Shown here: positions 38,890-53,402 of the stretch, piece by piece
Numbering within the stretch: position 1 is the stretch's first letter
Layout of the letters: every line of letters starts with the position of its first letter
NCBI GenBank assembly: GCA_951406725.2
Contig: OX597818.1
Span: 139,810,001 to 139,874,000 of the forward strand
Source of the DNA: Octopus vulgaris
Lineage: Eukaryota
Direction: 5' to 3'
DNA length: 64,000 bases
Made by a program: the position numbers and the translations under genes
Notes under the pieces: generated by a model
Told to the model about the DNA's origin: nothing
Databases searched by the model: none
Seen by the model: only the letters and a program-made list of their open reading frames with translations

Positions 38890-39367
38890 GACAACGACGA
38901 CGACGACGAAGATGCTGATGATAAAGATGGGGAGGAGGATGTGGAGGATGAAGATGACAGTGATAAAGAAGAAGAAGAAAAAGAAGAAGAAGAAATAGAA
39001 GAAGAAGAAGAAGAAGAAGAAGAAGAAGAAGGAGGAGGAGGAGGAGGAGGAGGAAGAAGAAGAAGAAGAAGAAGAAGAAGTGGAAGAAGAAGAAGGAGGA
39101 GGAGGAGGAGGAGGAGGAGGAAGAAGAAGAAGAAGAAGAAGAAGAGGAAGTAGAAGGAGAAGGAGGAGGAGGAGGAGAAGAAGAAGGAGGAGGAGGAGAA
39201 GGAGGAGGAGAAGAAGAAGAAGAAGAAGAAGAAGAGGAAGGAGAAGAAGAAAATATAGGTAGGTTAGAGAGAAGAATGAAGAACTTGAGAAGAGGGGAGG
39301 AATGCGAGATATGAAAGAGTGGTAAATAACGAAATAATGTAATAATAATAATAATAATAATAATAAT

Positions 39368-39423
<56 letters not shown>

Positions 39424-39494
39424 TAATAATAATAATAATGATAATAATAATAATAATGATAATAATAATAATAATGATAATAATAATAATAATG

Positions 39495-39543
<49 letters not shown>

Positions 39544-39581
39544 TGATAATAATAATAATAATGATAATAATAATAATAATG

Positions 39582-39630
<49 letters not shown>

Positions 39631-39668
39631 TGATAATAATAATAATAATGATAATAATAATAATAATG

Positions 39669-39717
<49 letters not shown>

Positions 39718-39719
39718 TG

Positions 39720-39765
<46 letters not shown>

Positions 39766-39778
39766 TGATAATAATAAA
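38890..39778. repeat. (GAA/GGA)n purine tract and (AAT/GAT)n array
   Basis: Read directly from the sequence. Confidence 0.97.
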
Positions 39779-40164
39779 TACAGGAGTGAAAATTTAAAGA
39801 AAGAAATTCGAAAAATAGAAATACGGCAAAAAAAGAAGAGGATCAAATACTGACTAGAAAAAAGAAGAAAAAAACACGAGAAACAGTCACGTGGGAGTGG
39901 ATAATGGTGTTAAAATAGTTAGAGAATCAGAGGAATTAAGTGGTTTCTGGATATTTGTTTTGAAAAAGACAAACCCAGAGTATTTTCATGAAAAAAAAAT
40001 ATTCTGATGTAAGAGATAAAGCAGAGAAGAAAAGAAGAAATAAATGCAAATTATTTGGTGATGGTAAAGAAAATAAAGAAAGGGTAAAATGGTGAAAAGA
40101 AAAAGAAACAATAGATTAATACTTTGTGGTGAAATCCAGAATGAATATGCAGATATGCGCGCGC

Positions 40165-40261
40165 ACACATACATACATACATACATACACACATACATAC
40201 ATACATACATGCATACATGCATACATACATACATACATGCATTCATACATATATACATATA

Positions 40262-40292
<31 letters not shown>

Positions 40293-40700
40293 GGCACACA
40301 CATACATACATTCATACATATATACATACATACATACATACATACATACATAGGCACACACATACATACATACATACATAGGCACACACATACATACATT
40401 CATACATATATTCATACATACATACATACATGTATACATACATTCATACATACATACATAATTTCATACATATATAAATACATACATACATACATTCATA
40501 CATACATACATACATACATACATGCATACATACATATATACATACATACGTACATACATTCATACATACGTACATTCATACATATATAAATACATACATA
40601 CATGCATACATACATTCATACATACATTCATACATACATACATACATACATACATACATACGCACATACATACGTTCATACATACATACATACTTATATG
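40165..40700. repeat. Degenerate (TACA)n array
   Basis: Read directly from the sequence. Confidence 0.96.
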
Positions 40701-41457
40701 CATGTATACATATATGTACATATATTCATATATTTATCAATAAGTGTAAATATATATATATATGTATGTTAGTATGTATATACTTACTTATATTTATGTT
40801 AGTATATATACTCATATATATATATATATACTTACATATATATACATGTATATACATATGTAGTTGTTTCTGTATATGTGCAAGAATATATAGATATATA
40901 TAAAGAATTTATAAATAAATAATTATAAAGATATTATATATATGCATATGACAACGCGTAATGGAAAGGAGCGGAGTTTTGCAAAAAATAATACTATAGA
41001 AAAGAGATTTGAATTAGTTGTTAGATCAGATGAGTAATTGGGAAAGAGCGAGCAAAGGACAGAGTGAGTTAATAGATGTAATTAATTCTTAAACTGTCAT
41101 CATAATCGATTACTGAAAATAACGAAGATGAAGGGGAATATATATACACAAGCGTCAATATATAAATATATACCTATATATGTATGTAAATAATTTTTTC
41201 CGAGGTTTTTTAGACAACCAACAATTGTCTAAAATATATATATATATATATGTATGTATATATGTATGTATATATATATGTATGTATATATATATATGTA
41301 TGTATATATGTATGTATATGTGTGTTTATGAGTGTGTGCGTGTGTGTGAGTGGATGGATATATATTTATACATACATATCTATAAACATATAATACAATA
41401 TACAATACAAACACTCCACCTGCCTTCGTCTTTTGTTTATTTTCATAAAGCTTCCCG

Positions 41458-41494
<37 letters not shown>

Positions 41495-43013
41495 TATGTT
41501 TATTATATTTATTATATATATGTTTATAGATATGTATATACAAATATATATTCATATACATACACATATACACACATATTGTAAATCTTGTATGCTATTG
41601 TTACATGCTTTATGGATACTGAATGTTTGTCTCGCTCCTTGAGTTTCACGCCACACAGGCGAGAACAGTTACCATACGTTTTGTTCATATATTTACGATG
41701 TGGCTTTTTTTCTGTGTAGATGTAGTCTTGTGGGAATTGATCCATACTTAGTTTGTTATCGATACCTGGTGAGTGCTCAAATCCGAAAAAGTCTTTTATT
41801 GATACGTATGTAAGCACGTGCGTGTGTATGTCTGTGTCTATCTGTGTATATGTGCGTATAGTTTATGGATAAAATCCGTGGAAGCTAAGGAACAATGGTG
41901 ATTCAAAATACATAATGGTAGTGTAAATAAAAATTTATATAAATTAATATTTTACACTTTTATATGTGATCGAAAATGCTGTCAAATTCGGAATGCAACT
42001 ATCAGGATATTTTGCTATATTTTTATAGAAATTGCTATCAAATTACCTACTCTATGTAACTCTGTCTTACAACCTATTTCTCAATCTCTCTCAATTTTTC
42101 TCATTCATTTAGTTTTTGATATTTTCTTTTTCCACCATTATACTTTTCTGACTTTTCATCCTGAATTTAAATATATGGCTTGTGTTTATAGAAGGTTCTG
42201 TGATTCATATGTATATTGCTAAACATTTAATGTTCATTCTCTCAACTAAATCGGGATATATTAGATCACTTCAAGTTCATTTTATTCTCGTCTAAGTCCG
42301 TATACGTATGTGCCTGATCATTTGCTATGTATTCTTCTATTTCCCCTCGCTGCTTGGCTTATCGTTCTGTAATATCTTCAATCTTTAATGAACTGTACTG
42401 CATGGTCACAGAAATTGCTTTTGCGGTTTCGGGTGCAATTGGTCGTTCGAGGCCTATAGGATATTCTTTTCGACGATACTCTTGTGGTGAATTGAGAAAG
42501 ATAAGATGATGAACGAGACTGTGGATTTTACCAGTGTTAATTTGCTTCCATTACTGGCTGCAATCTATCTGCTGAACTACAGCTACCGAAGTTATGAATT
42601 AACTCCGTGCTCTCAGAATTACCTCTCGGATTTATAACGCCTTCTACCCTCTGATTCTTTGCATCTATGTAATCTGAATAAGTTCGCTTTATCAAAACCC
42701 TGTATATATATATATATATATATTACTTGGTAGTTAATCGTCTGAAAATTTAAGTCTGCCTTCTCTTTATATATATATACATGTATATATATATATTGTT
42801 GATGAAAACCCTTATAATTTTACCTTTAATTTTTATTTTTTTTCCCTTTCTATTTGAATCATTGTCTCCATATCTTCTCCCTTGGATTCCCTTTATAGCC
42901 ACTCTTTACCCTGCTGACCTCGTTAAAGTTATCGGAAGGTGTGTACTATCAGATCATTTGAACGATACCCAGAGCTTTTTTGTATTGAGATTCTCTCGAT
43001 TTCATCTGCCTGC

Positions 43014-43047
<34 letters not shown>

Positions 43048-43049
43048 TC

Positions 43050-43105
<56 letters not shown>

Positions 43106-43894
43106 CCTAATTCGGTTTGGCTTTATTGGAGTTGTTGTAAGAGTTGCTTTGGTTATTGATGCACACCTTCCGAGTCAGTCCATGTTTAACAGATCTATAT
43201 TCAGGAACGTTTCCATCGCGACCAACTATTTTTTTTAGGTACAAAATCATTGCAATTTCCATTTTGCTTGGTACCACATGCTATCTGATTCAAAATTTGT
43301 GAACGCAATTTATTTTTTGCATCTCACGATCTCATTTCTTCTACGATTGTCTCCCTTGTTTCTTCATTTTCAGTTGTCTATCTCCACATATCACTACATT
43401 TTTATTTAAATTCCTTAGTCACCGAGCAACTCTGTCAGATACCCTCTCTCACACCCGCTCTTTCACTCTCTGCTTAATACTCGCTCCCTCTTTATCTATG
43501 ACGATGCTACAAACTGATAATATGGCAATGCAATCAGTAATTGGTCAGATTTAGTTGATAGAAAATATGTAATTTCTTAATGTACAATAATCGTGGCGTC
43601 GGTAATATCAGCGATATTTAAAGAAGAAAAAAAGTAAAAAGCAAATGTAGATACAACGGTTGTTGTAACAAAAACAACAGCAGCCGAAACTATAACAACA
43701 ACAACAACAACAAAAGAAAGAAGAATCATAACAATAACGAAAATCAAATGCAAAAAGCGAAAACACAGTAAAATAAAGTAAAAAGAAAATACCGCCACAG
43801 CAGCTGCAGTATATAAAACCAACAAAAATAACTCATCACCCAACTCAGTCACTGACAGGAGAAGAAAAAAGAACAAAAAAAAAATCAACTTGAA

Positions 43895-43895
43895 T

Positions 43896-43960
<65 letters not shown>

Positions 43961-43968
43961 TAATAATG

Positions 43969-44005
<37 letters not shown>

Positions 44006-44036
44006 TGATAATAATAATAATGATAATAAAATAATG

Positions 44037-44079
<43 letters not shown>

Positions 44080-44090
44080 CAATAATAATG

Positions 44091-44125
<35 letters not shown>

Positions 44126-44147
44126 AATGATAATAATAATAATAATG

Positions 44148-44223
<76 letters not shown>

Positions 44224-44261
44224 TAATAATGATAATAATAATAATGATAATGATAATAATG

Positions 44262-44334
<73 letters not shown>

Positions 44335-44430
44335 TAATAATGAATAATAATGATAATAATGATAATAATGATAATAATAATAATGATAATGATAATAATG
44401 ATGATAATAATGACTACAACAATATTAATA
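43895..44430. repeat. (AAT/GAT)n array
   Basis: Read directly from the sequence. Confidence 0.97.
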
Positions 44431-44605
44431 ATAACTGCTGAGTATAGATTGGAAAATATGCTCTTTGTGCATGTTTCGCAAAATCAGAGGGATCAAGGAG
44501 ATAATCAATGATATATATATGTATAAATGTACACACAGGCACACACAAATGTATGTATTTATGTATATATATGCATGTATGTGTATATAGATATATATAT
44601 GCATA

Positions 44606-44691
<86 letters not shown>

Positions 44692-44879
44692 AAGAGACAT
44701 GTGTGCGTGTGCTTGCCTGCATGCGCGCGTGTATGAGTGTGTATCTGTATATATATATATATATATGTGGGTGTGTGTTTACATATATATACATATATAT
44801 TTTGTACGTTTTCATAGGAATATACATATGCCTATAAATTCATACACTCATACATATATGTGATTTGTTGCTGCTGTAG

Positions 44880-44926
<47 letters not shown>

Positions 44927-45050
44927 CACACACACACAAACGTGCGTATATTTACGTACGTGATTACTTATCTATGACAACATATATCTAATATATACAT
45001 AATATTTATGTTTAGTATAACTAAATCACTCCGTTTGCATTTATACATAC

Positions 45051-45087
<37 letters not shown>

Positions 45088-45128
45088 CACACATGCATAC
45101 ATATATATATATATGTACACACGCACAG

Positions 45129-45215
<87 letters not shown>

Positions 45216-47172
45216 TGTATGTATGTTTCTATATGCATATAACATATCAATACATCTCCATATATAAATATATAAAATCTTCTTCGGCGCCAGACAAACG
45301 ACTTCGCTTTCGTTGTTATTTTTCTTGTTGCTGTGTTTGTATTGTCCGTTTCGTTTCCTTTAAAAAAAAACGTATATGTAATATTATTAAATATAAAAGT
45401 GAATGAATGAACGAGCATTCGTAGCGGCTGCGGCAGAGATTAGTCTCGATGTATGGAAGACTTTGATTTCTGACCTGGGTCAATGCTGTGTCATATTACT
45501 GACTTGTGTTGTTAGATAGTTAGGCGCTGCTCACCAAGATATACTCTTAGGCAGACATTTTGTAAGGGAATGCAGAAGTAAGCATCCACACAGACATACA
45601 CACACACACGTATGCACACGCACATACACACACATGCGCACGCATCACATGTACGCGCACAAAGAGACAGACATGAATATGTGCATATACGATTATAAGT
45701 GAGTTATTATTAAAAATAATAATAACAATATTAATATTACTTAGTTTATGCTGCGTTATTGCATTGAGAATCGATCAAATTTCACAGAGAAAATAAATAA
45801 ATAAATAAATAAATAAATAAATAGAAAAAAACGATGATAAAATTTATTTATAAAGAAAATAAAAAAAGTAAATATATGGTGTGGAGCTTTGTCGAAATAA
45901 AGAATGATATAAAGATGTGATATACTGCTGATAATGATGATGATGATGATGACGATGAGGGGGAGGTGGAGGAGGAGGAAGAAAATGAGGAGGAGTTGGA
46001 GGAAAGTGATGATGATGATGATGATAATAGGTGTGGTGTTGATGAGGATGGTGATGATGACAACGATGACGACGACGACGACGAGGATGACAATAATGAT
46101 AAAGACGATATCGGTTGTGTTGGTGAACATGATGCTGAGATGAAAGAAAAGAAGAAGGAGAGGGGCTTGGGGAAGACGATGAGCGGAACGAGGAGAAAAA
46201 AAGGAGGAGAGGTGTTTGAACAAAGAAGAGAGAAGATAAGGTGTTGCTGCATGACAACGACTTCGACGATGATTGAGGATGCTGACAACGACGACAATAA
46301 TAATGATCGTAAACATTATCATGACGATGATAGGCAGAAATGCAGAAATGTGTGAATACAATGATGTCTATTAGACCCTACAATCACGTGGCTCTTGAAT
46401 GGAATTGTGGTCAGGTACTGAGATCGAATAGAATAATCCACCGACTACTGACATAGAATACCCGACTCTAGCCGTGTAGTCCCCAAACTTAAGAGCGGCT
46501 ACTTCATTTATGGGTCTCGTAAAGATGAAATGCAAAATCGAAATGCGTGGTGGCTGAACTTAGAACAATGATGAAGCCAGCTGAAAACAGCAAGGTACTC
46601 TCACAACTCCATCATACGTTGATGATAGTTTTTTCTAAAGACGTACTACAGGAGACATATAAGAAATAAGGTAGGGACGATTTATCTCTCTCGTCTTCTT
46701 CATGCGATCGTAAATGTGATGCATTTCATCATGCCTTACCAGAAAGCTCTATCCCCATTAGATTTCGTTATTCCTTGACTTTTCTTGCGTATAGGCGCAG
46801 GAGTGGTTAGGAAAGATTAAGATGAAACGACTAACAAGAGTAGAGATTTGTAGACATATTCCACCCATTCATTTCAAAGACTAACATTTTTACAAACCAC
46901 ATTAGTAGACAGAAGGCATGAACTATTTTCTGTGTCCATGAATAATAGAGACCTGATACATGAACAAACTGTGCAAAGAGGAAGGTGGACAATTAATAAC
47001 TTCAACTTTAACTGAGAATCGCAGAACTCAAAACTGTAACTCAAGGATCCGTACCCTTTTCGTTTTTTTTATGGCAAAAGACCAAAATAGTAGGAGCAAG
47101 GGGTGTACCTAAACAATATAGTCATGCATCAGGGACAGGTAATCACATATGAATTCTGCATTGAAACAATGG

Positions 47173-47346
47173 ACCGGTTATGACGATAAGGGTTCCAGTC
47201 GATCCGATCAATGGACCAGCCTACTCGTGAAATTCACATGCAAGTGGCTGAGCACTCCGTAAACACGCGTATCCTTAACGTAGTTCTCAGGAAGATTCAG
47301 TGTGAGTCAGAATGTGACAAGGCTGGCCCTTTGAAATACAGGTACC
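47173..47346 (-). mobile_element. SINE family C 3' fragment (diverged)
   Basis: Homologous to 6878-7047. Confidence 0.8.
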
Positions 47347-47348
47347 CC

Positions 47349-47396
<48 letters not shown>

Positions 47397-47401
47397 ATCT
47401 A

Positions 47402-47795
47402 TCTATATAAAACAGAAACTCTCTGTGAGTGTGCATGTGTGTGTGTGCAAGTTCGAAGGTTTATAACTCGAGTTCCACCTAACCGATTCGACTGAAATTT
47501 CAGACATGCATTTGATATGTTCCGAGGTATGCTTTAGTCATAACAACTGCTTCCATCAATGTTTGGTTTTTGCAAAAACTCGATCGATAATTATCGATTG
47601 TTTCAAAAAGTCGTCTGATTTTGATCTCCACCATGGTGTGCATACACATTGTGACCCCACGTGACCTCAAAATAGTCACTGCCAATAAAAGTAAGCATCC
47701 AACACTGAGACTTTCCATAGCAATAAATGAAAGCGATTTCTATATGTAGCACGAGATAGTTAAAGCAATAACAGCCTCTGCACTGCACAAGCTAG
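47402..47795 (+). mobile_element. Non-autonomous Helitron
   Basis: A|TCTATATAAAAC start; weak hairpin TGCACTGCA then CTAG|T at 47792-96. Segment 47482-47584 is homologous to 48072-48175, which runs into a Helitron helicase remnant. Confidence 0.65.
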
Positions 47796-48069
47796 TGGTA
47801 AGTACTTACTACTTCCTTAATCCACTTCACTACCAGTAGTATCCGCTGTTTCACGGGTCTTAATAAATTACCACGAAACTGCGGAAACATGAGACCTTAC
47901 GCTTGAGAAAAGACGGTTTGAGGCGTGACATTGTTAAAGCAATAACCTTGGTGACTTATTGAATCAAATCAATACCCAAGCTGCCTTTCAAAAAGTTATA
48001 TTTTTCGCTGTTTACGGTTTCCATGTAAAAGTGCTTTCGGGTGAAGCCGGGCCAAACCGCTGAAACACC

Positions 48070-48430
48070 AGACCGATTCGATTGAAATTTCAGATATACA
48101 TTAGGTATGTTCCGAGGCATGTTTTAGTCATAAAAACTGCTTCGATCAATGTTCGGTTTTCGCGAAAACTCGGTTGTAAAAAAAATTATGGCAACCATCC
48201 TATCCGGATGCGGAAAAGAAGAGGATGTATTCATTCGCAGGATTCCCCTTACTCCTTGGAGCAGACATACCTTTCGCCTTAAGAATACTGCAATTCCCGC
48301 TCCGGCCCAGCTTCGCCATGTCTGTCAACAAGTCATAGGTCCAGAGTCTTTTTGTGGCCGGACTTCTCTTGGAAGAGCCTTGCTTTTCCCACGGCTAGCT
48401 GTACGTTGCATGCTCCAGATTCGGCAGTAG
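48070..48430 (+). mobile_element. Helitron remnant with Pif1-family helicase C-terminal pseudogene
   Basis: ATILSGCGKEEDVFIRRIPL, frameshift, then LQFPLRPSFAMSVNKS*VQSLFVAGLLLEEPCFSHG*LYVACSR, the RepHel QFP..AM..NKSQGQ..FSHGQLYVA.SR motifs. Confidence 0.9.
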
Positions 48431-48492
48431 AGACAGAATACCTTTAAAGTTGAAAATTATAAACAATTACAAAGAAGGACAAAAGGAAATAA

Positions 48493-48606
48493 GATTTCTA
48501 TGCTAATATGCTGAGAATAGACTTTAAATCGTCAATCACCACATGCAAATATATATATGGTGATTGACGATTTAAAGTCTATTCCCAGCATATTGACATA
48601 GAAATC
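48493..48606. repeat. Long inverted repeat (49-bp arms, 16-nt loop; imperfect extension to about 48459-48640)
   Basis: GATTTCTATGCTAATATGCTGAGAATAGACTTTAAATCGTCAATCACCA versus TGGTGATTGACGATTTAAAGTCTATTCCCAGCATATTGACATAGAAATC. Confidence 0.92.
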
Positions 48607-48635
48607 ATTTTTTTTTCCCCTTGTTTATAATTGTA

Positions 48636-48691
<56 letters not shown>

Positions 48692-49658
48692 TGCACAATT
48701 TATCAACTAATTATACACATAAACACAGACACACACACACACACAGTTATATACTATTTCTAACATATACTGGTATGTGAGATGAAACTTTGAATTCAAA
48801 ATTGAAGTAAATAATCTTATTAGCGACAAAAGATCTTATAAAACGTCTTATAAAATCGAGAGCCAATCAAACAATAATTTATGCAATATCACGGACTTAT
48901 TTCGAGTTACATAACAGAGTAAATAAATAGACAAAAGTTACAAAAGGAAAAAAATGTGTTCTTGACCAGAGAACTTAATAAACTCTGACATGTGAATGAC
49001 AGTTGTCATTGCTACCGGTGAATTCTTGAGAACTAACTGATTAGCAGTCAGGGGGACATCATACCAAATAACGCGAAACTCAAACAGTCTGTTGTTCTGT
49101 TGTTCATTGAGATTCATTTTAAAAGACCTACGGAGGTTTTGTAGACAGTTGAACAATAATTCTCATTATGTGAGAGCGTTGTCTTGATCAAAGTGAAACA
49201 TAATTGGGATATTAAGAATAAGCAACTGTAATAACTCTAGTAGCGGCAGTTTCAGAAGGGCAATTATTGAAGAATACTAAGAACAAATATCATTAACAAC
49301 AGCGCCATCATCAAAGAGAAGACAAGCAACTAAGTAAACATATAAATAAAAACAACTCCGCTAAGAAGAACAACGATAACAGTGATATAAGACTTATAAA
49401 AACAAATATACGAAGAAATAGAGTGAACATAGAAATGTTCTTATTCAATCTAAGCTTTTCACGCAAACACTCGTCAGCGGATGCAAACGCACAATCACGC
49501 ATATAAGCATGCACAAGAAAAGCGCGTAGTGGCATGTCGAACCAAACTTCTTGCAAATCCACACAGAAACCACGTGTGTGTGTGCGTGTGCAAGCGTGTG
49601 TATATGTGTGTGTGTATGTATATATAAGTATATATATATATGTGCACATATATATGCT

Positions 49659-49739
<81 letters not shown>

Positions 49740-49921
49740 GTGTATATTGTGTATACAGATATACACCCACACATGTACGCATAAAATTTCGTTAATCAAT
49801 AGATTCGCAACAGTTTCTGTATTGAATGCTTTCTCTGAGAATGTAGTCCGCCACGTTATCTTTTTAATTTGGTACATACAACGTACACGCACGCACACGC
49901 ACGCACACACACACACACACA

Positions 49922-49982
<61 letters not shown>

Positions 49983-50183
49983 CCTTCTTTCCAAAAACAC
50001 ACCTAAAGACAAGATGGATATTGATTCTCAATTCTATTAGAGAGTTAATATAATTACTCCCAGACACAGATACACTTATACGTACATCCATACCAAAAGT
50101 TCTATGTTAGCACGTAAACAGAACCACACGTACTTGAAATACGATACTAATACACATATGCACTGAATTAAAGCGAATTTATA

Positions 50184-51066
50184 GGTTTGATCAATAAGTA
50201 TCCGGACTGTTGCCATAGTAATGAAGATAAAGCTCACAGAGTGAAGTCGCCAGGCACAAATTGACCTTGAACGCTGCTGTACATGTGCCTTAAGTTTTAA
50301 CGTACTAGCACACTTCCCCTGTTTACAGCAATGCTTGGAAAGAATATGTGTAGCATGTGATACTCGCATTGACCATGACAGAGTAAGTTGCCATGGCGAT
50401 ACCTGCTCAGAAGCCTGCGTAAAGTTGCAGAAATTATATGGAGAGGGGTGTATGGGCCGCACACAAGCGTATGAGTAGTTCAGATGTTTCCAAGATGGCC
50501 GAAAAAATGTTGAACTTTCTCGGAGACACGGAACCAGCAGAACTGAGAAAAACACCGCAAATGTGCGTGCAGCTGTGAGGGGAAATCGTCGAATCGCTAT
50601 CCGTGAATTATCAGGGGATGTGCAGATTAGTTACGGTTCAATTCAGCTCAACACTGCAGAAAATTTGGGTACGAGACGCGTGTCTGCGAAGTTTGTGGCA
50701 AAACTGCTTTCAGCTGACCAAAAGGACACTTGAGTCTCAGTTGCACAAAATCTCCTTGACTGTGTTGAGAATGATAAAATATTTTGAAAACTTTGTGTAG
50801 GCCTCTGAGCAGGTATCACCAAGCTTTTGGCAAAATTTGATGCAGATTCTCTGTTCAACTTTTTCTGTGATGATCAATGCGATGATCACACACTACACAC
50901 ATTTCCTCCAAGCACTGCTGTAAACACCAGAAGTGAGCTATAACGTGAAAACTAAATGCGCTTGCACAGCCAGAGTTCAAGGTCAATCTGTGCCAAGCGG
51001 CTTTACTCAGCGTGCTTTAGCTTCGTTACTATGGCAACAGTTCGGATATTTATTGATCAGGCCACG
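50184..51066. mobile_element. Mariner-derived fold-back element with two 5' ends (~250-275-bp inverted arms)
   Basis: Both ends start TGATCAATAA.TATCCG.ACTGTTGCCATAGTAA. The + strand carries the transposase N-terminus (GDTCSEA..LYGEGCMGRTQAYE*FRCFQDGRKNVE..NRRIAIREL..RVSAKFVAKLLS). The - strand repeats EKVEQRICIKFCQKLGDTCSEA. No DDD domain. Confidence 0.9.
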
Positions 51067-51099
51067 TATATACATGATGCTTACAACGTATAAACTAAA

Positions 51100-51328
51100 G
51101 GCGGCGAGCTGGCAGAAACGTTAGCACGCCGGGCGAAATGCTTTGCGGAATTTCGTCCGCTGCGTTCTGAGTTCAAATTCCGCCGAGGTCGACTTTGCCT
51201 TTCATCCTTTCGGGGGTCGATAAATTAAGCACCAGTTGTGCACCGGGGTCGATGTAATCGACTTAATACCTATGTCTGTCCTTGTTTGTCCCCTCTATGT
51301 TTAACCCCTTGTGGGTAATAAAGAAATA
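51100..51328 (+). mobile_element. Full-length SINE family B (young tail)
   Basis: GGCGGCGAGCTGGCAGAAACGTTAGCACGCCGGGCG head through GTGGGTAATAAAGAAATA. Confidence 0.92.
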
Positions 51329-52041
51329 TATAAACTATATCATACATTATAAATACATGCACAAACGCAGACAAACATTTATAATCATAATACATATAAA
51401 AACACACCCATACATGCAGAGACGTAAAGAAAACGTGTGCATAATTACATACAAATCCAATTAAATTGAAAAACATATAGCTACAGACGCACAAAAGCAC
51501 ACATTGAAATATCGACACACATCTAGAAAAAAATATTGAGCGAGTCACGAAATACACGAGCATAATCATATACAAATATACAAAACAAACTTACACATAG
51601 AACATCATTGAATAATACAGGCGTCTTTACGTACAGGAATTATGATACACACGCAGATACTCATACATACAGACATTCATATATATATATATACATATAT
51701 ACAGAAAGACACAGTTATACGCAAGCAATCGCAGGGAAACACAAATCAATCAAAACACAAAACAGTAAATTCGATAACGAAATTATTGAAATTCGTGATA
51801 ATAATTGATGAGTGAAGATGGATTGTTTTTCTTTTGTTTTCTTGTTTTTTTCTTTTCTCTTTCCTTTTTTTTTTTTAAGATGTACAATGTTATCGAGTGA
51901 AATACAACAATAACAATAACAATAACAACTGGTAGTGGCAGAGACAGCAACAGCAGGAGTATAAGAAAGAAGGTGGATGAAAAGGAGGAAGAAGAAAAGA
52001 TGGAGGACAAGGCGCAGGGAAAGTTGGGAAACGAAGAAAAA

Positions 52042-52083
52042 GATGATGATGATGATGATGATGATGATGATAATGATGAAAAA

Positions 52084-52128
<45 letters not shown>

Positions 52129-52224
52129 GAAGAAGAAGAAGAAGATGAAGAAGATGATGATGATGATGATGATGAAGATGATGATGATGATGATGAAGAA
52201 GAAGGAGAAGAAGAAGAAGAAGAA

Positions 52225-52272
<48 letters not shown>

Positions 52273-52386
52273 GAATATGATGATGATGATGATGAAGAAG
52301 AAGAAGAAGAAGAAGATGATGATGATGATGATGATGATGAAGAAGATGATGATGAGGATGATGAAGAAGAAGAAGAAGAAGATGAA

Positions 52387-52421
<35 letters not shown>

Positions 52422-52490
52422 CGATGAAGATGAAGAAGAAGAAAATGATGATGATGATGACGATGATGATGATGATGATGATGATGATGA
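52042..52490. repeat. Mixed (GAT)n/(GAA)n array
   Basis: Read directly; source of the poly-D/E, poly-M/K and poly-H/L ORFs. Confidence 0.96.
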
Positions 52491-52994
52491 CAGAGGATAA
52501 TAAATGGAGGAAAAGGGTGAAACAATGACAAAATACCAACAAGAACAGTAACAAACAACAGCAACAACAGCAAAAACAACAGCAATAATGATAATGCTGC
52601 TGCTGCTGCTACTGCTGCTGGTGACGATGGTGGTTGTTTCTGCTTTTGATACAAGGCCAACATTTTGGAAGGGACAATGTTAGTCGATACCATCGACCCT
52701 AGCACTTGACTGGCACTTTAATTTATTGACCTGTAAAGGATGAAAGAAAATGTTGACCTCAGTAGGGATTCTTTGCTTCCATTCCTCCAGCATCGATAAA
52801 ATAAAATATCATTGAAGTACTGGGTCGTTATGTTCGACCAACACGATTCTCACAAACTTTTGCCTATGTAAGAAGCCATCGGTTTCCGTCGATGCTGTTA
52901 TTGTTATTATTTAAATTGGCAGGAATATCATCTTTTGGTTTGCTGACAACAAGTCTCCTGAAATCCTAAGAACCTTTATTATGATGCATGTGAC

Positions 52995-53249
52995 AGAGAA
53001 AACAATTGGTACGACCACAAACCTGAATGCATCGTCGAAAATGGAAATGCAAAGATCCTATTGCATTTTATGATTCAGTGCGACCATGAGATAGAGAATA
53101 GGAAGCCAAATATAGTCTTAATTGAGAAAGAAAACAAACTATGCTGGATCATAGATATAGCATGCCCTGCTGACAACAAGGTATGCGATAAGGAAGAAAG
53201 AAAAGTCGATAGATATGACAGGGTAGCTTGGGAAGTTAAGCAGTTGTAG
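52995..53249 (+). mobile_element. R4/Dong-clade restriction-like endonuclease domain fragment
   Basis: WYDHKPECIVENGNAKILLHFMIQCDHEIENRKPNIVLIEKENKLCWIIDIACPADNKVCDKEERKVDRYDRVAWEVKQL, matching the RPD..D..P.D....K..EK..KY RLE motif. Confidence 0.9.
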
Positions 53250-53365
53250 TCATTTGAAATCCAAATTTAAAGCCGCAAGAAATATTGCTAAGCACTTTAT
53301 TCCACGCTCTATCATCAGCTCACTGCTTTAATAACAACAACAACAGCAATAAAAATAATATCAAC

Positions 53366-53402
<37 letters not shown>

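Noticed and set aside
42346-42550. Protein-like minus frame ending EYRRKEYPIGLERPIAPETAKAISVTMQYSSLKIEDITER*
   Set aside because: Short, weak acceptor and no recognisable homology; cannot be supported as an exon.
49446-49482. CUGACGA..GAAA AGCUU A on the minus strand
   Set aside because: Stem II would be nearly all wobble pairs and stem I does not pair; likely chance.
51973-52500. 175-aa poly-Asp/Glu ORF resembling acidic biomineralisation proteins
   Set aside because: It is a (GAT)/(GAA) microsatellite open in several frames, with no signal peptide or splice context, and is flanked by other triplet repeats.
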